Virus record (IMG/VR): IMGVR_UViG_3300021426_000070
Location: 32,001-96,000 of that record
Direction: 5' to 3' (one strand)
DNA from: a virus
Taxonomy: Duplodnaviria > Caudoviricetes
Length of the DNA stretch: 64,000 nucleotides
Under the pieces are notes generated by a model. That model did no database searches and was not told the origin of the DNA. It was given only the letters and a program-made list of their open reading frames with translations. The translations under genes were made by a program, and so were the position numbers. Positions within the stretch are counted from its first letter, which is position 1. Each line of letters begins with the position of its first letter. Positions 1-10,872 of the stretch are shown here, piece by piece.

Positions 1-292
1 ACCTCTCTCATGTTTTCATCAGAAGAGATACCACACTTGTCACACGTAGCATTAATCGCAATTTCTATATTTTCCATATCACAACATAATTACAATATTA
101 TTCTTTTTAATCCACTCTCTAAAGGTCAAAGGGATTGACCCCCATTTTTCAACGTCTTGCGAGTATTTGGCATACGCCCTTGCAGCCTCTTGTTCGGTCA
201 TCATACGGACATCTGCCGTACGACACCTAGACAAGAGACACAAGCCTATGAGGAACACCGCAAACGCAAAGAAAATAGCAACGGCAACCATA

Positions 293-589
293 TCACTCGA
301 ATTTGAAAATGCCGTTGTAATTCTTGAAGAGCTCGATAATCTCTTCATCGGATAGAGACTCGTAGTTTTCCCATTTCTCCCAATCCTCTTCATCGTACTC
401 ACTGTCGCAACCTAGCGACCAACCAAAGGATGCTAGCTTTCGTAATTCGTCTGCTGTAGGGCAGTTCTTCAGTTCGATACCATGCTCATCATGCTCTGCC
501 CACATTTCCAACACTTCCTTGTCCTCGCCGCCATTACACTTTGCGACAATCTTAATACTCTCAATTAATTCTTTGTACTTCATATTCAA
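293..589 (-). CDS. hypothetical phage protein
   Basis: Intact acidic ORF in the co-oriented minus-strand gene run. Confidence 0.6.
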   Translation of the reverse strand: MNMKYKELIESIKIVAKCNGGEDKEVLEMWAEHDEHGIELKNCPTADELRKLASFGWSLGCDSEYDEEDWEKWENYESLSDEEIIELFKNYNGIFKFE

Positions 590-594
590 CTCTT

Positions 595-1107
595 TTACTC
601 AAAATCACAAACGAAGCTAATAGTCTGTTTTGTAGGTTCAAAGCCCGCCCTCACAAGCTCTGTCATAAGACCATTGTCAACCTTAAAAGACTGAACATCA
701 AACACAGCATCTGAGATATGCTCTTCTAATACCATTGGTGGCACGGAATACAGCACCTCCATACAATAGTCTTCAACGCCGTAATTTTTGCTCAATATCT
801 TTCTCGAGATATATGATGTAAACTCTATCAACTTTATGCTGACATAGAAAACTTCATTGCATACGCTAACAGACTTCCAATCAAACGCTTCTTTAAGACT
901 AAGCGGATAATCTTTCATGTTAAATATCTTCGGCTTGTTTGTCGTGAATATAAACAACTTCTCTGGCGGGATATCACCAATATTATCTCGATAGCTTTTC
1001 AGACTTCTAATAAGCCCGTCTATATTGCCTTCGTCACGATTGATTTTAAGCAAATAGTTCTTTATGCACTCAGCCTTTTTAATAATCTTATCTATTCTTT
1101 TTTCCAT
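595..1107 (-). CDS. hypothetical phage protein
   Basis: 170 aa ORF, closely packed with its neighbours. Confidence 0.6.
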   Translation of the reverse strand: MEKRIDKIIKKAECIKNYLLKINRDEGNIDGLIRSLKSYRDNIGDIPPEKLFIFTTNKPKIFNMKDYPLSLKEAFDWKSVSVCNEVFYVSIKLIEFTSYISRKILSKNYGVEDYCMEVLYSVPPMVLEEHISDAVFDVQSFKVDNGLMTELVRAGFEPTKQTISFVCDFE

Positions 1108-1391
1108 AACTTATAATCCCTATTAAATCGTTTTTTCTCTTCTTCTTCTTTGATGAAATCTCGTGATGGAGTGTCGGCAACCTTGTTACTAACAACAGAA
1201 TTACACCCGCAGCCGCTTGAATGCCTCACCTCTCTGTACGGTCTACCATGAATAGCTGCACTGAGGTTTTGGTAATCAATCTCACCATGCTCAGACCAAT
1301 TATCAAAAAATTGGCACATACCTCCTTTTCTTCTGTACTTCTTTTCCATAATGCTAATCTTTTATTTTTCTTAATCTGTTTCATTCATAAC

Positions 1392-2810
1392 CTATAATCC
1401 TTTTATTTGGTCAAGTAATCCGCTTATTTCCTCTTTGTGCTTATTGTATGGTATATGATTTAATACCCATCTTAAAGCCACTATCTGCTCATTACTCGGA
1501 CTCCAAGTTGACTGAGGTCTGAGGGATTTGAGTTTATTTTTGAGCCATTTGATTTCATCTTCTATCCTGTCAGGTATATACTCATTCCAAGGATTCACGA
1601 GGTCTTTAATAATATCGCTAAGTATCTTTTCATCCTCTTCACTCCACTCATTTGTGGTTGTGCAATTTGCTTTACAGCCAACTCTGTTTTTGATGGATTT
1701 GAGCCAATCCTCTGCCCCTTCATAATATATTGCGTTTTTAACAAGTATCTTTATTGCATCATCTGTCATTAATGCTTCAAGAATAACTTTCTTTATTTTC
1801 TCGTCCTCTTCACTCCAAGGCTTCTGCTCAATCTTCTCCAATTTCTTCTCGTATGGATTCCATCTGTAGCCCGCTTCCATAATTGCCTTTTCAAGTCGTT
1901 CACGCTGTTCTTTGGTTGATGGCTTTATGTCTTGCATCCAAGTCCATTCACCATGTTCCCCATCTGACTCAATTTTGAAACCATCATCGACACTTATACC
2001 ACAATAAGCATAACTATATCCATTTGCATCTATCTTCTTGAAAATAAATGGCAAATCACCATCAGCAAGCACATCACCATCTTTTGCATCAGCAAGAGTC
2101 CACAAACGATAATTATCATCTATATGTTCTATGCAAAGTGTTCCAATGGTATCTTCGTCAAATTTAAGTCTATAATTGTCTTCTAATATATCAATAACCC
2201 TAACTACATTACCATCTTCAACGTTTACAAGCCAATTGTCTTTGTGAAACTTTGGCTTAACCTCAGCAGGCTTATGCTCACCTTGATTTTCAAGTAACAC
2301 AAAACAATCCGAACATATGTTTATTAGTTCTGCAACAAAGTTATCATCAACATAATAAAAATCACCATCACGGAAACAAGTATATTTCGGTGAAGCAATA
2401 CATTTATATGTTTCACCAATCTTAACAGAATTTTTGCTTTGCTTTTCGGTACTAACATGCTGTATAAGCTCTCTGTTGAAGCTTATATCAACGCCATTAT
2501 CTCTTGCGCACATACCCCATACATTGCCGTTATATGTAAAGCTCACACCACTATATGGATTACCGCTCTGCTCTTCAAGCCATGCGTAAATATCTTCTTT
2601 CCTTTTTTGTGTAAAGTCTTTATGAAGTTCTACTGCTTCTACAATATCTTTCTTTATCCTATCGTCATCAGACTCGGCAAGTTCGTGGAATAAGTTTCGG
2701 ATATAAAACTTGTCGTTTTCACTTATAGACGAATCACCAAGTATGTGTTTAGCATCGCTTAGTTTTTTGTCATAGGCTTTTGCCTTTTCATCAATCGTAA
2801 GTTCTCTCAT
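1392..2810 (-). CDS. modular hypothetical protein, WSEEDE-repeat family
   Basis: Repeated WSEEDEK and PKF modules shared with ORFs at 25246-28084; likely start MRELT (ATG at 2810). Confidence 0.7.
   Translation of the reverse strand: MRELTIDEKAKAYDKKLSDAKHILGDSSISENDKFYIRNLFHELAESDDDRIKKDIVEAVELHKDFTQKRKEDIYAWLEEQSGNPYSGVSFTYNGNVWGMCARDNGVDISFNRELIQHVSTEKQSKNSVKIGETYKCIASPKYTCFRDGDFYYVDDNFVAELINICSDCFVLLENQGEHKPAEVKPKFHKDNWLVNVEDGNVVRVIDILEDNYRLKFDEDTIGTLCIEHIDDNYRLWTLADAKDGDVLADGDLPFIFKKIDANGYSYAYCGISVDDGFKIESDGEHGEWTWMQDIKPSTKEQRERLEKAIMEAGYRWNPYEKKLEKIEQKPWSEEDEKIKKVILEALMTDDAIKILVKNAIYYEGAEDWLKSIKNRVGCKANCTTTNEWSEEDEKILSDIIKDLVNPWNEYIPDRIEDEIKWLKNKLKSLRPQSTWSPSNEQIVALRWVLNHIPYNKHKEEISGLLDQIKGL
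1512..1646. repeat. 135-bp near-identical duplicated segment (other copy at 26428-26562)
   Basis: Direct sequence comparison; encodes WSEEDEK.LSDIIKDLVNPWNEYIPDRIEDEIKWLKNKLKSLRPQ. Confidence 0.85.
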
Positions 2811-3048
2811 CGTGTTTCTTCGTCTATTATTGAATTGTTTTTGAGGAAAGGACAATCATCCAAAACCCCATTTTCGTTTCTAAAATCTTTATCACCACTA
2901 TTCAGATAGCAATGAATATATCTTCCAAGCATTTCACATCTATCGTGGTCGCAGTCATCATCATCCCCATGGAAACAATTGTGGGGACAGCCATAGCAAT
3001 TAGTGAAATGTACTATTGTAGTATAAGTAAATCTTTTATCATCCATAA

Positions 3049-3468
3049 TCACAACATCTTAAGTTTTTCTATTTCCTTTTCAGCCTCAATAGCTTTCTCT
3101 TTATGATAAGCAAGTTCTTTCTCTTTTTCTTTGATTTGAATTTCTTTCACTTTTCCGTTCCACATCAACCACTTTGCTTTGACTGTATCTCTGAAAGTAG
3201 CAAGATTTGCATATCTCTGAATGCTTTCAATATCTTTTGGATGCTCATCAAATATTATCCTAACCATAGGAGAAACAGCTAAGTAATCAATACTCAGATG
3301 CACCATATCTTCATACTCTTGTGGGTATGCTTTGATAAAGTCCTGAACTTCCTTGTTTTCTATCCAATAAAACAGCCAATGTTTAGTGTCTGTTATATAT
3401 TTGTGTATATCAGAATTTAACTCTGAAACCCTTTTAATTAACTCTGTTACTTCCATAATCACAACCAA
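3049..3468 (-). CDS. hypothetical protein
   Basis: Intact ORF in operon. Confidence 0.55.
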   Translation of the reverse strand: MVVIMEVTELIKRVSELNSDIHKYITDTKHWLFYWIENKEVQDFIKAYPQEYEDMVHLSIDYLAVSPMVRIIFDEHPKDIESIQRYANLATFRDTVKAKWLMWNGKVKEIQIKEKEKELAYHKEKAIEAEKEIEKLKML

Positions 3469-4009
3469 TAAAAAGAATTACCATTAGCATCTACTTTTAG
3501 CAAATGAAGCACTTTTCTATTAACCCATACAAGGGCTGTGAATATATATCTTTTCATAATAACTTATTTTTTAATAAATTCTCTCATCTTATCTAGCACT
3601 GATAATTTGTAATTGTCACCAACGGTATGTTCATATACCCATTTAAGGGCATCATAATATCCACTATCATATTCATTCATAATCACTTTTTCTTTATAAG
3701 GTTCTTTATTTCCTCTAAATCTCTCCTAAGCAAAACCCCTACATAAAGGAATAGTGCTACTGCGCCAACTAACACGAATATAATCAAATATCCCATTTCC
3801 ATAACTTCATCCATCTATTATCATTTTTATTGGGTAAGACAAAAAAGTAGCCACTATCTGACCTATTGCGGCAATCCCCGTGTACTCAAGACATTCGGAC
3901 AGATTATTGTCCTTATCAGTCCATATGGAGGCATAGAAAAACGCTGCCACGATAAACCATATGGTTATTATCGTAATCGAACCTTTCTTCATAATCTCAT
4001 TGTTATTTG

Positions 4010-4471
4010 TTATATTGCATGTGGTAGTATATCTCCATTCTCATAGTAACGGTTGCCTTTCACCTTACTTTCTTCGCCCTCGTCTTTCCGATTTGCTTTT
4101 TGGCGATGCTCTTCAACATCGTGTATCATCTTAAGCATTACCACACAAGCATCTATCGGGCTAGCAAAACCGCTTTTTATCATTGGCATGTGACTTGATG
4201 GAGAAAGACAACTGATAGTCCACCCATCGAAATCACGAAACAGCGTTGGCTTGTTCAACTGCTCGAGCAACGCAACCAATGACCAACAGGGACACCAATA
4301 AGTTTTAATAGCATCTTTATTAGGTGTGCCAACTTTAGGTGTGTTTCTTATTTCTTTAGAAACGTCACCTCTCCATGCTAACCAATAGTACATATCCGCA
4401 CTTTCAATGGGTAGCATCTTACTCAAAGCCTTACTTTGGGACAAGTCTGTGTATGCTTTAATTGTCGTCAT
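4010..4471 (-). CDS. hypothetical protein, paralogue of 5754-6149
   Basis: Shared YT..QS..L...LP..SAD and PCWSL.AL motifs. Confidence 0.65.
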   Translation of the reverse strand: MTTIKAYTDLSQSKALSKMLPIESADMYYWLAWRGDVSKEIRNTPKVGTPNKDAIKTYWCPCWSLVALLEQLNKPTLFRDFDGWTISCLSPSSHMPMIKSGFASPIDACVVMLKMIHDVEEHRQKANRKDEGEESKVKGNRYYENGDILPHAI

Positions 4472-4774
4472 AACTACTCATTTTAATTACAGGTTCAATA
4501 TCATAATTTTCACTAACAAATATTTCAGCACTGTATTCAAGATATCGGCACTGAGTTTTAAATGTTTTTATTTTTTCTTCTATAGTTCTTTTATTTGTTG
4601 CCATAGTTATTTCTTTAATCGTTTTTTAATAACATTAATAAAAATTGAGCCGATGAATATATTGTAAACCATTCCAATCGGCTTGTTATATTTCATAACC
4701 TTGAAGAATGGTTTCCAAACATAATCAAGTATCGTAAAATTCACTATAAACCTTTTAAACTCCATTGGTTTTTC

Positions 4775-5191
4775 TCAGATTAAATTTTCCAAACAGTATC
4801 TAATAGCAGCGTTACAAGCAAATTCATACTTGTCATAAAGTGGCAGCATTTCTTTTACATATACCCATTCTGAACCCCTAAGTTGCCATGGAGTAAAGGA
4901 ATACTTATCTTTTTGGGGATTGACAGATATAACAATATTGTACTTTTTCCTCAGCCACTTGCAAGCAAGCTGATGAGTTATTGCCCACACACATTCATAA
5001 TCATCTTCTGATTTATGAATACCATTAAGGTTGCAACAAAGAATAGGTTCACTATCCTTATATCGTCTAATATATCCCACCACAAATTTATGTGGGTACA
5101 AGAAAGTTTCGACCTCTTTATAATCAAACCCTTTCTCTTTCAATAGCTTTGCGACCTCGAACGAAATATAATCCTCAGTTATTGTTGCCAT
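4775..5191 (-). CDS. conserved Bacteroidota-phage hypothetical protein
   Basis: EDYISFEVAKLLKEKGF...THQLACKWLR motif. Confidence 0.65.
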   Translation of the reverse strand: MATITEDYISFEVAKLLKEKGFDYKEVETFLYPHKFVVGYIRRYKDSEPILCCNLNGIHKSEDDYECVWAITHQLACKWLRKKYNIVISVNPQKDKYSFTPWQLRGSEWVYVKEMLPLYDKYEFACNAAIRYCLENLI

Positions 5192-5753
5192 AGTTCTTTC
5201 TTTAATTGTTCAATAACGCTTTCTAAATATCCGTTTGCACGTGCATTCATACTAGTTAAGAACAGTTTCTGAAACTCTTCAATCTGCTCAAGCACATAGT
5301 TTGCACCATCTTCAATACCTTGGGAATAAGCAATGCTTTCTTCTCTCGAGAGTTCTACTCTTTTTTCGACCAACTCTTCTGCCTTTTCTTTGATACTCAT
5401 CATACCTTTTCTACTGATAAAGCGAATATTTTATAAAATCTGTCGTAGGGGAAGTCTTTAATCTCGACCTCCTTAACATTATCACTGCGCCCGTATAGGT
5501 TGCCGTTTACAAGCAGCTCAAGCCAATAGTGTTCACCTTTCTTGAACACCCCGAAATCTTTCTTGCAAATCAGCCAATGCGTCAATGCTGTTCTTAACTC
5601 TTTTTCACCCATAGCCTTATTTGTTATATTCTTTAAGTAGATAGCAAACTTGCTCGCAGAAATCAACACCGTCCATTTCACGATTATCTATCGCTTTTTG
5701 TATTTCTTTCAATACATTGTTCGCCTTTTCGTATTTCTTCTTATAATCCATGG

Positions 5754-6149
5754 TCACAACATTTTTGTTTCATGTAACTTCTCAATCATAGCCACACAAG
5801 CATCAATTGGGTTGCTTGCTGTGTCTCCTATGTGGCAGAAAGTACAATTCTCATTATAAGTGTCGCATCGCCAACCATTATAAGTTTTATGCAATGAAGG
5901 GTTTGGCAGAACACTAATCAACGCTGCAAGCGACCAACAAGGAAGATATATTGCATCTGTTTCTTTATAACTTTCAGCAACAATCTCACTATATCCAAAA
6001 GATGGAGATTTCAACGCATCAGGGTCATCCTTCCAAAAGAACCATTTCGAATCCGCACTATTATACGGTAGTATCTCAGCAAGCTTACGGCTTTGCTCAA
6101 TAGTTGTGTATGTTCTAATTAATGCCATAGTCGTTTTACTTAAAATCAA
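5754..6149 (-). CDS. hypothetical protein, paralogue of 4010-4471
   Basis: Shared motifs. Confidence 0.65.
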   Translation of the reverse strand: MILSKTTMALIRTYTTIEQSRKLAEILPYNSADSKWFFWKDDPDALKSPSFGYSEIVAESYKETDAIYLPCWSLAALISVLPNPSLHKTYNGWRCDTYNENCTFCHIGDTASNPIDACVAMIEKLHETKML

Positions 6150-6442
6150 AACTCACCTTCTTGCGCTTTCTTTGCCGTAATCTCTATGACACGCCAAAAG
6201 AAATCATGGAACGTATATACCTCTTTCTCAGCCTCAGACCATATCTTCGGCTCATCGGCAATATACGATAGCATAGCCACCTTCGACTTGTCAATGCTAT
6301 TGTAGCTGCTGTCCTCATTCCAAAGGATAGCGTCCTTGTCAACGCCAACGAACACATAGTAGTCTTTCGTCAACGCATAAAAAGCTATTTTCAGCCTTTC
6401 GATAAATGATGTTCTCTGTTTCATAATCATAATCAATTTTAG

Positions 6443-6516
<74 letters not shown>

Positions 6517-6569
6517 GTTGCCAACCGCCGTTGGCTTTGTTTAACCAAAAAAATCTCGCAAAATAACAG

Positions 6570-6643
6570 TGATTCCGATGGGGCTCGAACCCATGACCTA
6601 TTGTTTAGGAAACAATTGCTCTATCCTACTGAGCTACAGAACC
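6570..6643 (-). tRNA. tRNA-Arg(CCT)
   Basis: Anticodon arm ATTGT-TTCCTAA-ACAAT; canonical D and T arms. Confidence 0.92.
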
Positions 6644-6741
6644 AAGTGCCCACCACCGTGGGCAGAAAAAAATAACCAAAAATAAATAATTAAAAACCAA
6701 ATTACTAAATAGATACCTCACTATCTCAGTGATTTATGAAA

Positions 6742-6862
6742 GAGCCGTCACCCGTTTTATATCGCATATAAGACTACCACGAGGTACTTTCGGGGCGGGA
6801 ATTTGCCCCTATCCTTAAAGCCTCCCAAGGGCAAGTTTACGCTCATGCCTAACTAACGGCTC
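6742..6862 (-). ncRNA. candidate ~120-nt structured RNA
   Basis: Non-coding stretch closed by a GAGCCGT/ACGGCTC terminal helix, next to tRNAs. Confidence 0.35.
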
Positions 6863-6870
6863 ATATATAA

Positions 6871-7194
6871 AAGCGGCACTGCACAGACTTGTGAATAAGG
6901 CGAAACGGCTCTTGCAAGTTATCTTCGAGTACCATTCAGTTTACCTTTATGGCGTATTACCAAATGACCTTCTCATTGGAGCTTTAAGCCCAACTACCTA
7001 CATTCTACCTTTATTCGCACTCTCAGACAACCGTCACGCCAAAAGCCCCCTATCATAGAGCAACCCACATAACGGGCGCAACTATCGCTACCGTAAATAC
7101 CATCACCTTGTATCGTCTCAGCGAGCCTAGCCCAATTTGGCACACTGCACACGGATATAGAAGGGCTGCACGGAAATCTGTACTAGTGCCGCTT
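6871..7194 (-). ncRNA. candidate ~325-nt structured RNA
   Basis: No minus-strand ORF; ends AAGCGGCACT.GTACAGA / TCTGTGC.AGTGCCGCTT form a long terminal helix. Confidence 0.5.
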
Positions 7195-7469
7195 GTGTCA
7201 ATCTTTCAAAGAACGCTTTTTCTTCTTCTTACCTACGACCTCTGTCCGATACCCCTTTATGTGCCCGTCTCTGTCGTACACGGGGTGCTCGATGAACTCG
7301 TTGTAACTATCAATACCATTCGCATCAACCATACTAGGCTCATGAAACGCATCTGCCGTTTCTACCATCGGGTCGTTGTCGCTCAAGTGCATATCGTCAT
7401 CGTGCCATGATGGAGGCAGCAATGTTTTATTGATACGCTTGTTTGTCGTTTGGGTAAATGTATCTCGTC

Positions 7470-7898
7470 TCATAGCCCATTCTTGAGTCTTTTTAATTCT
7501 TTCTCTAACTCAGCAATCTTTGCCTTTCTCTTATCAGCCTCTTCTATCTCGTCTTCTAAGATACTCACCTCTTCGTTTGCCATACGCCAGAAACGCCCAA
7601 GCATCTCACCGTACGTCTCATCTTCATCTTTCTCAGCATAAAAGCCGTTATCCTCATAGCCGTGCCATTTCTGCACCAACCGAGTGTAACCTTGCTTCTT
7701 CAACTCACCAAGGAACTTAACCATCCTATCAATGTCACCAAAGAACTGTTCTTCGTCAATTTCTTTGCTGTGTACGGTCTTCTCTCTTACGAACGCAAAT
7801 GGGTTTCTCTTCTCTAAACGCTCAATAGCCATTTCAGCTAGCTCTTGCTCACTGCTGAAATAATCCTCTAAGAGCTTTTTTCTTATCTTCTTATCCAT
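7470..7898 (-). CDS. hypothetical protein
   Basis: Intact ORF. Confidence 0.6.
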   Translation of the reverse strand: MDKKIRKKLLEDYFSSEQELAEMAIERLEKRNPFAFVREKTVHSKEIDEEQFFGDIDRMVKFLGELKKQGYTRLVQKWHGYEDNGFYAEKDEDETYGEMLGRFWRMANEEVSILEDEIEEADKRKAKIAELEKELKRLKNGL

Positions 7899-7899
7899 A

Positions 7900-8172
7900 T
7901 CACTTTACCATTTGAGTGTCACAAACCAATACATCACCGACAATAAAGTCAGCCCAACCGCATTTCTGCACCTCTTCGGTTGCCTTAGAGTTGTAATCCA
8001 AGCCATCAAGCTTACCCTCTTCGTTAATAACCATAATCTCGTTATCTTGCAAAGGCAGTATCTCAATGTAACCGCCGACTATCTCTTGCAACTCTTCAAG
8101 ACTGAAGTCCGTGCCGTTCTTTGGCGTAACCTCAATGACCTCGTTGTTAGTCTTGATAATTCTAGATGTCAT
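7900..8172 (-). CDS. DUF3846-like protein
   Basis: LEELQEIVGGYIE...INEEGKL...N..AT...IVGDVL motif. Confidence 0.75.
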   Translation of the reverse strand: MTSRIIKTNNEVIEVTPKNGTDFSLEELQEIVGGYIEILPLQDNEIMVINEEGKLDGLDYNSKATEEVQKCGWADFIVGDVLVCDTQMVK

Positions 8173-8189
8173 ATATCTTACAGTTTTCT

Positions 8190-8268
8190 AACGTGTGCCT
8201 CACGCTCTATATTGTTTGTACTATTCTCTTTTAGGAAACTGCCTATATCTTCACAGACGTTGGCAGCT
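8190..8268 (-). repeat. conserved leader element (AACGTGTGCCTCACGCTCT plus TATATCTTCACAGAC hairpin); copies at ~38520-38576 and partial at ~29789
   Basis: Direct repeats located between a promoter and the first gene. Confidence 0.6.
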
Positions 8269-8324
8269 TTGAAAAACACATGACTAAAATCTAAAAACCT
8301 AAAACCTCACTCATATTTTTATAC

Positions 8325-8334
8325 TGCAAAGATA
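8325..8334 (-). promoter_or_regulatory. Bacteroidota -7 promoter box (TATCTTTGCA)
   Basis: Matches TAnnTTTG; recurs in intergenic gaps at 9854, 10722, 17434, 18554, 18970, 19732, 29822, 36114, 38626, 51183, 57147. Confidence 0.7.
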
Positions 8335-8400
8335 AACATTTCTTTTTTAACAAACAAGAAAAATCGAAACTTTCTTGCAGATTTTAACTTTGTTTAAGGA

Positions 8401-8622
8401 TTAAAGGTAATATTCTGCAACGATAGTGCCTTTTTGTGTCACTTTCTTGCGTACCTTAATATCCATACCTCTTTCTCTCAAATCCCATATACGAGCTGAT
8501 AGCCTCGTACACGAAAACATCATGATAGCATCCCAACTTGTAATGGTGCGACCATCTTCTAACCACGCCTTAATCTTGTCGCATTGGCTTGCGCTCTCGG
8601 AAATATTCAAATTATTGTTCAT
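8401..8622 (-). CDS. small winged-HTH protein
   Basis: G.TIT..DA......RLSARI.DLR..G motif typical of phage HTH proteins. Confidence 0.7.
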   Translation of the reverse strand: MNNNLNISESASQCDKIKAWLEDGRTITSWDAIMMFSCTRLSARIWDLRERGMDIKVRKKVTQKGTIVAEYYL

Positions 8623-8948
8623 AGGTTCTTAATCATTACGTAAGTACATTTTTCTCTCGATAGGACTACAAAGCCCAAACGCTCGTACCATTCTTTCAGC
8701 CAACCCGAGGCGAACTCGACCTCTAGCTGCAAGAACTTCATGTTTCTCGCTAATGCCCTTTCTGCACAAGCCTCCAAAAGCCGTTTGCCTACGCCCTTAC
8801 GCCTATGCTCTTCTAGGACACTCAGACCTTTTATAAACCCCGTATTGGGCATATCATAATCGAATTGGATTTCGACCATGCCGACACCGCCATCAACGAT
8901 AATGTTTTCAGAGATGCCCCACCACCATTGATTTTTATGTACTATCAT
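8619..8948 (-). CDS. GNAT family acetyltransferase
   Basis: V.EEHRRKGVG..LL acetyl-CoA motif; WYERLGF. Confidence 0.85.
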   Translation of the reverse strand: MIVHKNQWWWGISENIIVDGGVGMVEIQFDYDMPNTGFIKGLSVLEEHRRKGVGKRLLEACAERALARNMKFLQLEVEFASGWLKEWYERLGFVVLSREKCTYVMIKNL

Positions 8949-9981
8949 ACTTCTACCTTTTCTATTTGTTTTATTGTCAACACAAACAAGCGTGCTGTTG
9001 CGTGCGCTGTACCATCTTTCTTCATTTTGGCTACAAGAGGGCGGAGTGTGTTGTATGTGAATTCATACCCTAAGACTATACCAATATCTTTTGTGCCGAC
9101 AACCCTTACCTTTGTGCCAGTTGGATATGGCGCATAGTTATTGATATATTCTCTTCTGAGTTTCATCAGCTCACCTTTCAGTGCCGATATTGATTTTCTC
9201 GTCTCAGAAATCCTCTGCAATATCTCTTGCTCAGTCATAACATTATCTAGTATAGGTTACTAACGGCTCTTCACTCACACAGATAGGTTGCAGCGGCTTA
9301 TTATAAGTAAGCACGCTAACCCAAATCTTACGCCTAAAAAGGAGCTTTAAGGCTTCTTTCCACGTCAGCCGCCAACACGAAACGACCTCACCATCCTCGA
9401 ACTTACACACGGGCAATGGAATTACACCATCTTGGTCTTTGCCGTAAACGGCATTACAACCACTGAACTCAATTGGCTTCATACTCTTACAAGTCTGTTG
9501 GTGGAACAATACGGAAATGCTTGAAGTCCTCTTTAGTGGCTTCTCTGTAATCAGCAGCGACTACTACCCTATCTATCAGCGTTGGGTCGCCGCCTTTCTC
9601 AACGTCAACAGCCATCACAACCATACCTACATAACCCGTTACCTTGTTAGGCTCATCAACCACATAGCCGAAAAGGTTCTCATTATCTACGATGTATCTC
9701 ATAGTCGCTTGCGTGATACTTAACCCGTCACAGCCTACGGAAAAAATTGGGGAAAGAAAGCGGCAGCTTATCGTCACTGTAGCTACCATCTTTCAAATCC
9801 CCATGTATATTTCTATAGACCGCCACAGTGACAAGACGGCTCACAAATACCTCTGCAAAGATAAGTAGAATAATTGGTTCTGCAAAATATTTTGTGGTTA
9901 TTTTATCATATTTTGCGTTTATTAACTTATAAACACAAAGACACATAATTAATAATAGCCGCTATTGCTAACGGCTATCAT

Positions 9982-10347
9982 TTATGATTTACCTTTTATC
10001 CAAGCATCAAGTCCTCTTGCGCCATAGTTCTTTTCTATACGCTCTTCCAATTCACTCTCGAGCTTGTTTCTACGCTCGTACAAGTCACTTCTGAGGTAGC
10101 CGACCTTAGCATGCTCTTTGTTGACCTTGTTTAGCCTATCGGCAATATCGTTGTACCCGAACGCCTTAGCCATGGTAACACTAGCACCGCCATGGTCATT
10201 GTTATCCGTCTGCCTTTGTGCTCTTGACACCGCACTTCTGAACTTGCGGCTATCCAAATCAACTGTCTGCCTAGGACGCTCGAGTCTCTCAGAGCCTCGT
10301 GAACTTTTTCGTTCACCGCCTCTTGTGATATCTACATACTCACCCAT
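9982..10347 (-). CDS. basic hypothetical protein (possible internal virion protein)
   Basis: Arg-rich N-terminus; directly follows the GTC-start gene at 10360-10689. Confidence 0.55.
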   Translation of the reverse strand: MGEYVDITRGGERKSSRGSERLERPRQTVDLDSRKFRSAVSRAQRQTDNNDHGGASVTMAKAFGYNDIADRLNKVNKEHAKVGYLRSDLYERRNKLESELEERIEKNYGARGLDAWIKGKS

Positions 10348-10359
10348 AATTATCAGATA

Positions 10360-10689
10360 TTAACCATTTATACTACCCTTTGCAGCCGCTGCAGCTCTAT
10401 CTTCATTAGTTGCTCTCATGGCGTTTGTCATCAGAGTAGTAGCTAAAGTACCTTCTTGTGTTCTTGCACCACCAATAGTAAGGAAAGGTCTTGAACCTGC
10501 TATTTCTCTTGATGAAGTCCATCGTGAAGCTATCTCTCTAACTTGCTGTGCTCGTCTTATGTTACCAACAGCATTTGCTTGTCGGGCAAGGCGGCTTGCT
10601 GTCCTATTGATGTTCTCAGCAGTACGGAACGTGGTTCGCTTTAAACCATCACCACCGTAACTAATACGACCATTTCTATTTGTTCTGAC
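10360..10689 (-). CDS. GTC-start Arg-rich protein A (109 aa, VRTNRNG...KGSING)
   Basis: Open frame begins at GTC directly after an in-frame TGA; promoter at 10722; shares RTAENI..TA.RL with protein B; absent from the ORF track. Confidence 0.75.
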   Translation of the reverse strand, partial: VRTNRNGRISYGGDGLKRTTFRTAENINRTASRLARQANAVGNIRRAQQVREIASRWTSSREIAGSRPFLTIGGARTQEGTLATTLMTNAMRATNEDRAAAAAKGSING

Positions 10690-10721
10690 TCAGCTAAATA
10701 TTTTGATTATTAATACTCTGC

Positions 10722-10731
10722 TGCAAAGATA
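10722..10731 (-). promoter_or_regulatory. Bacteroidota -7 promoter box upstream of GTC-start gene A
   Basis: TATCTTTGCA. Confidence 0.65.
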
Positions 10732-10831
10732 CAAATAAAAGAGATAGTACGAATACCACATCTATTATTACTTGTTACACTTTCAAAATAATACCCAAAA
10801 CAGCAAAGATACTGAAATATCAGCAGAAAAA

Positions 10832-10872
10832 CGTTACAACTTTTGAGGTAGGCGTTACAACTTGCGTTACAA
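10832..10872. repeat. three CGTTACAA(CTT) direct repeats
   Basis: Seen in sequence; related to the cluster at 18644-18781. Confidence 0.65.
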
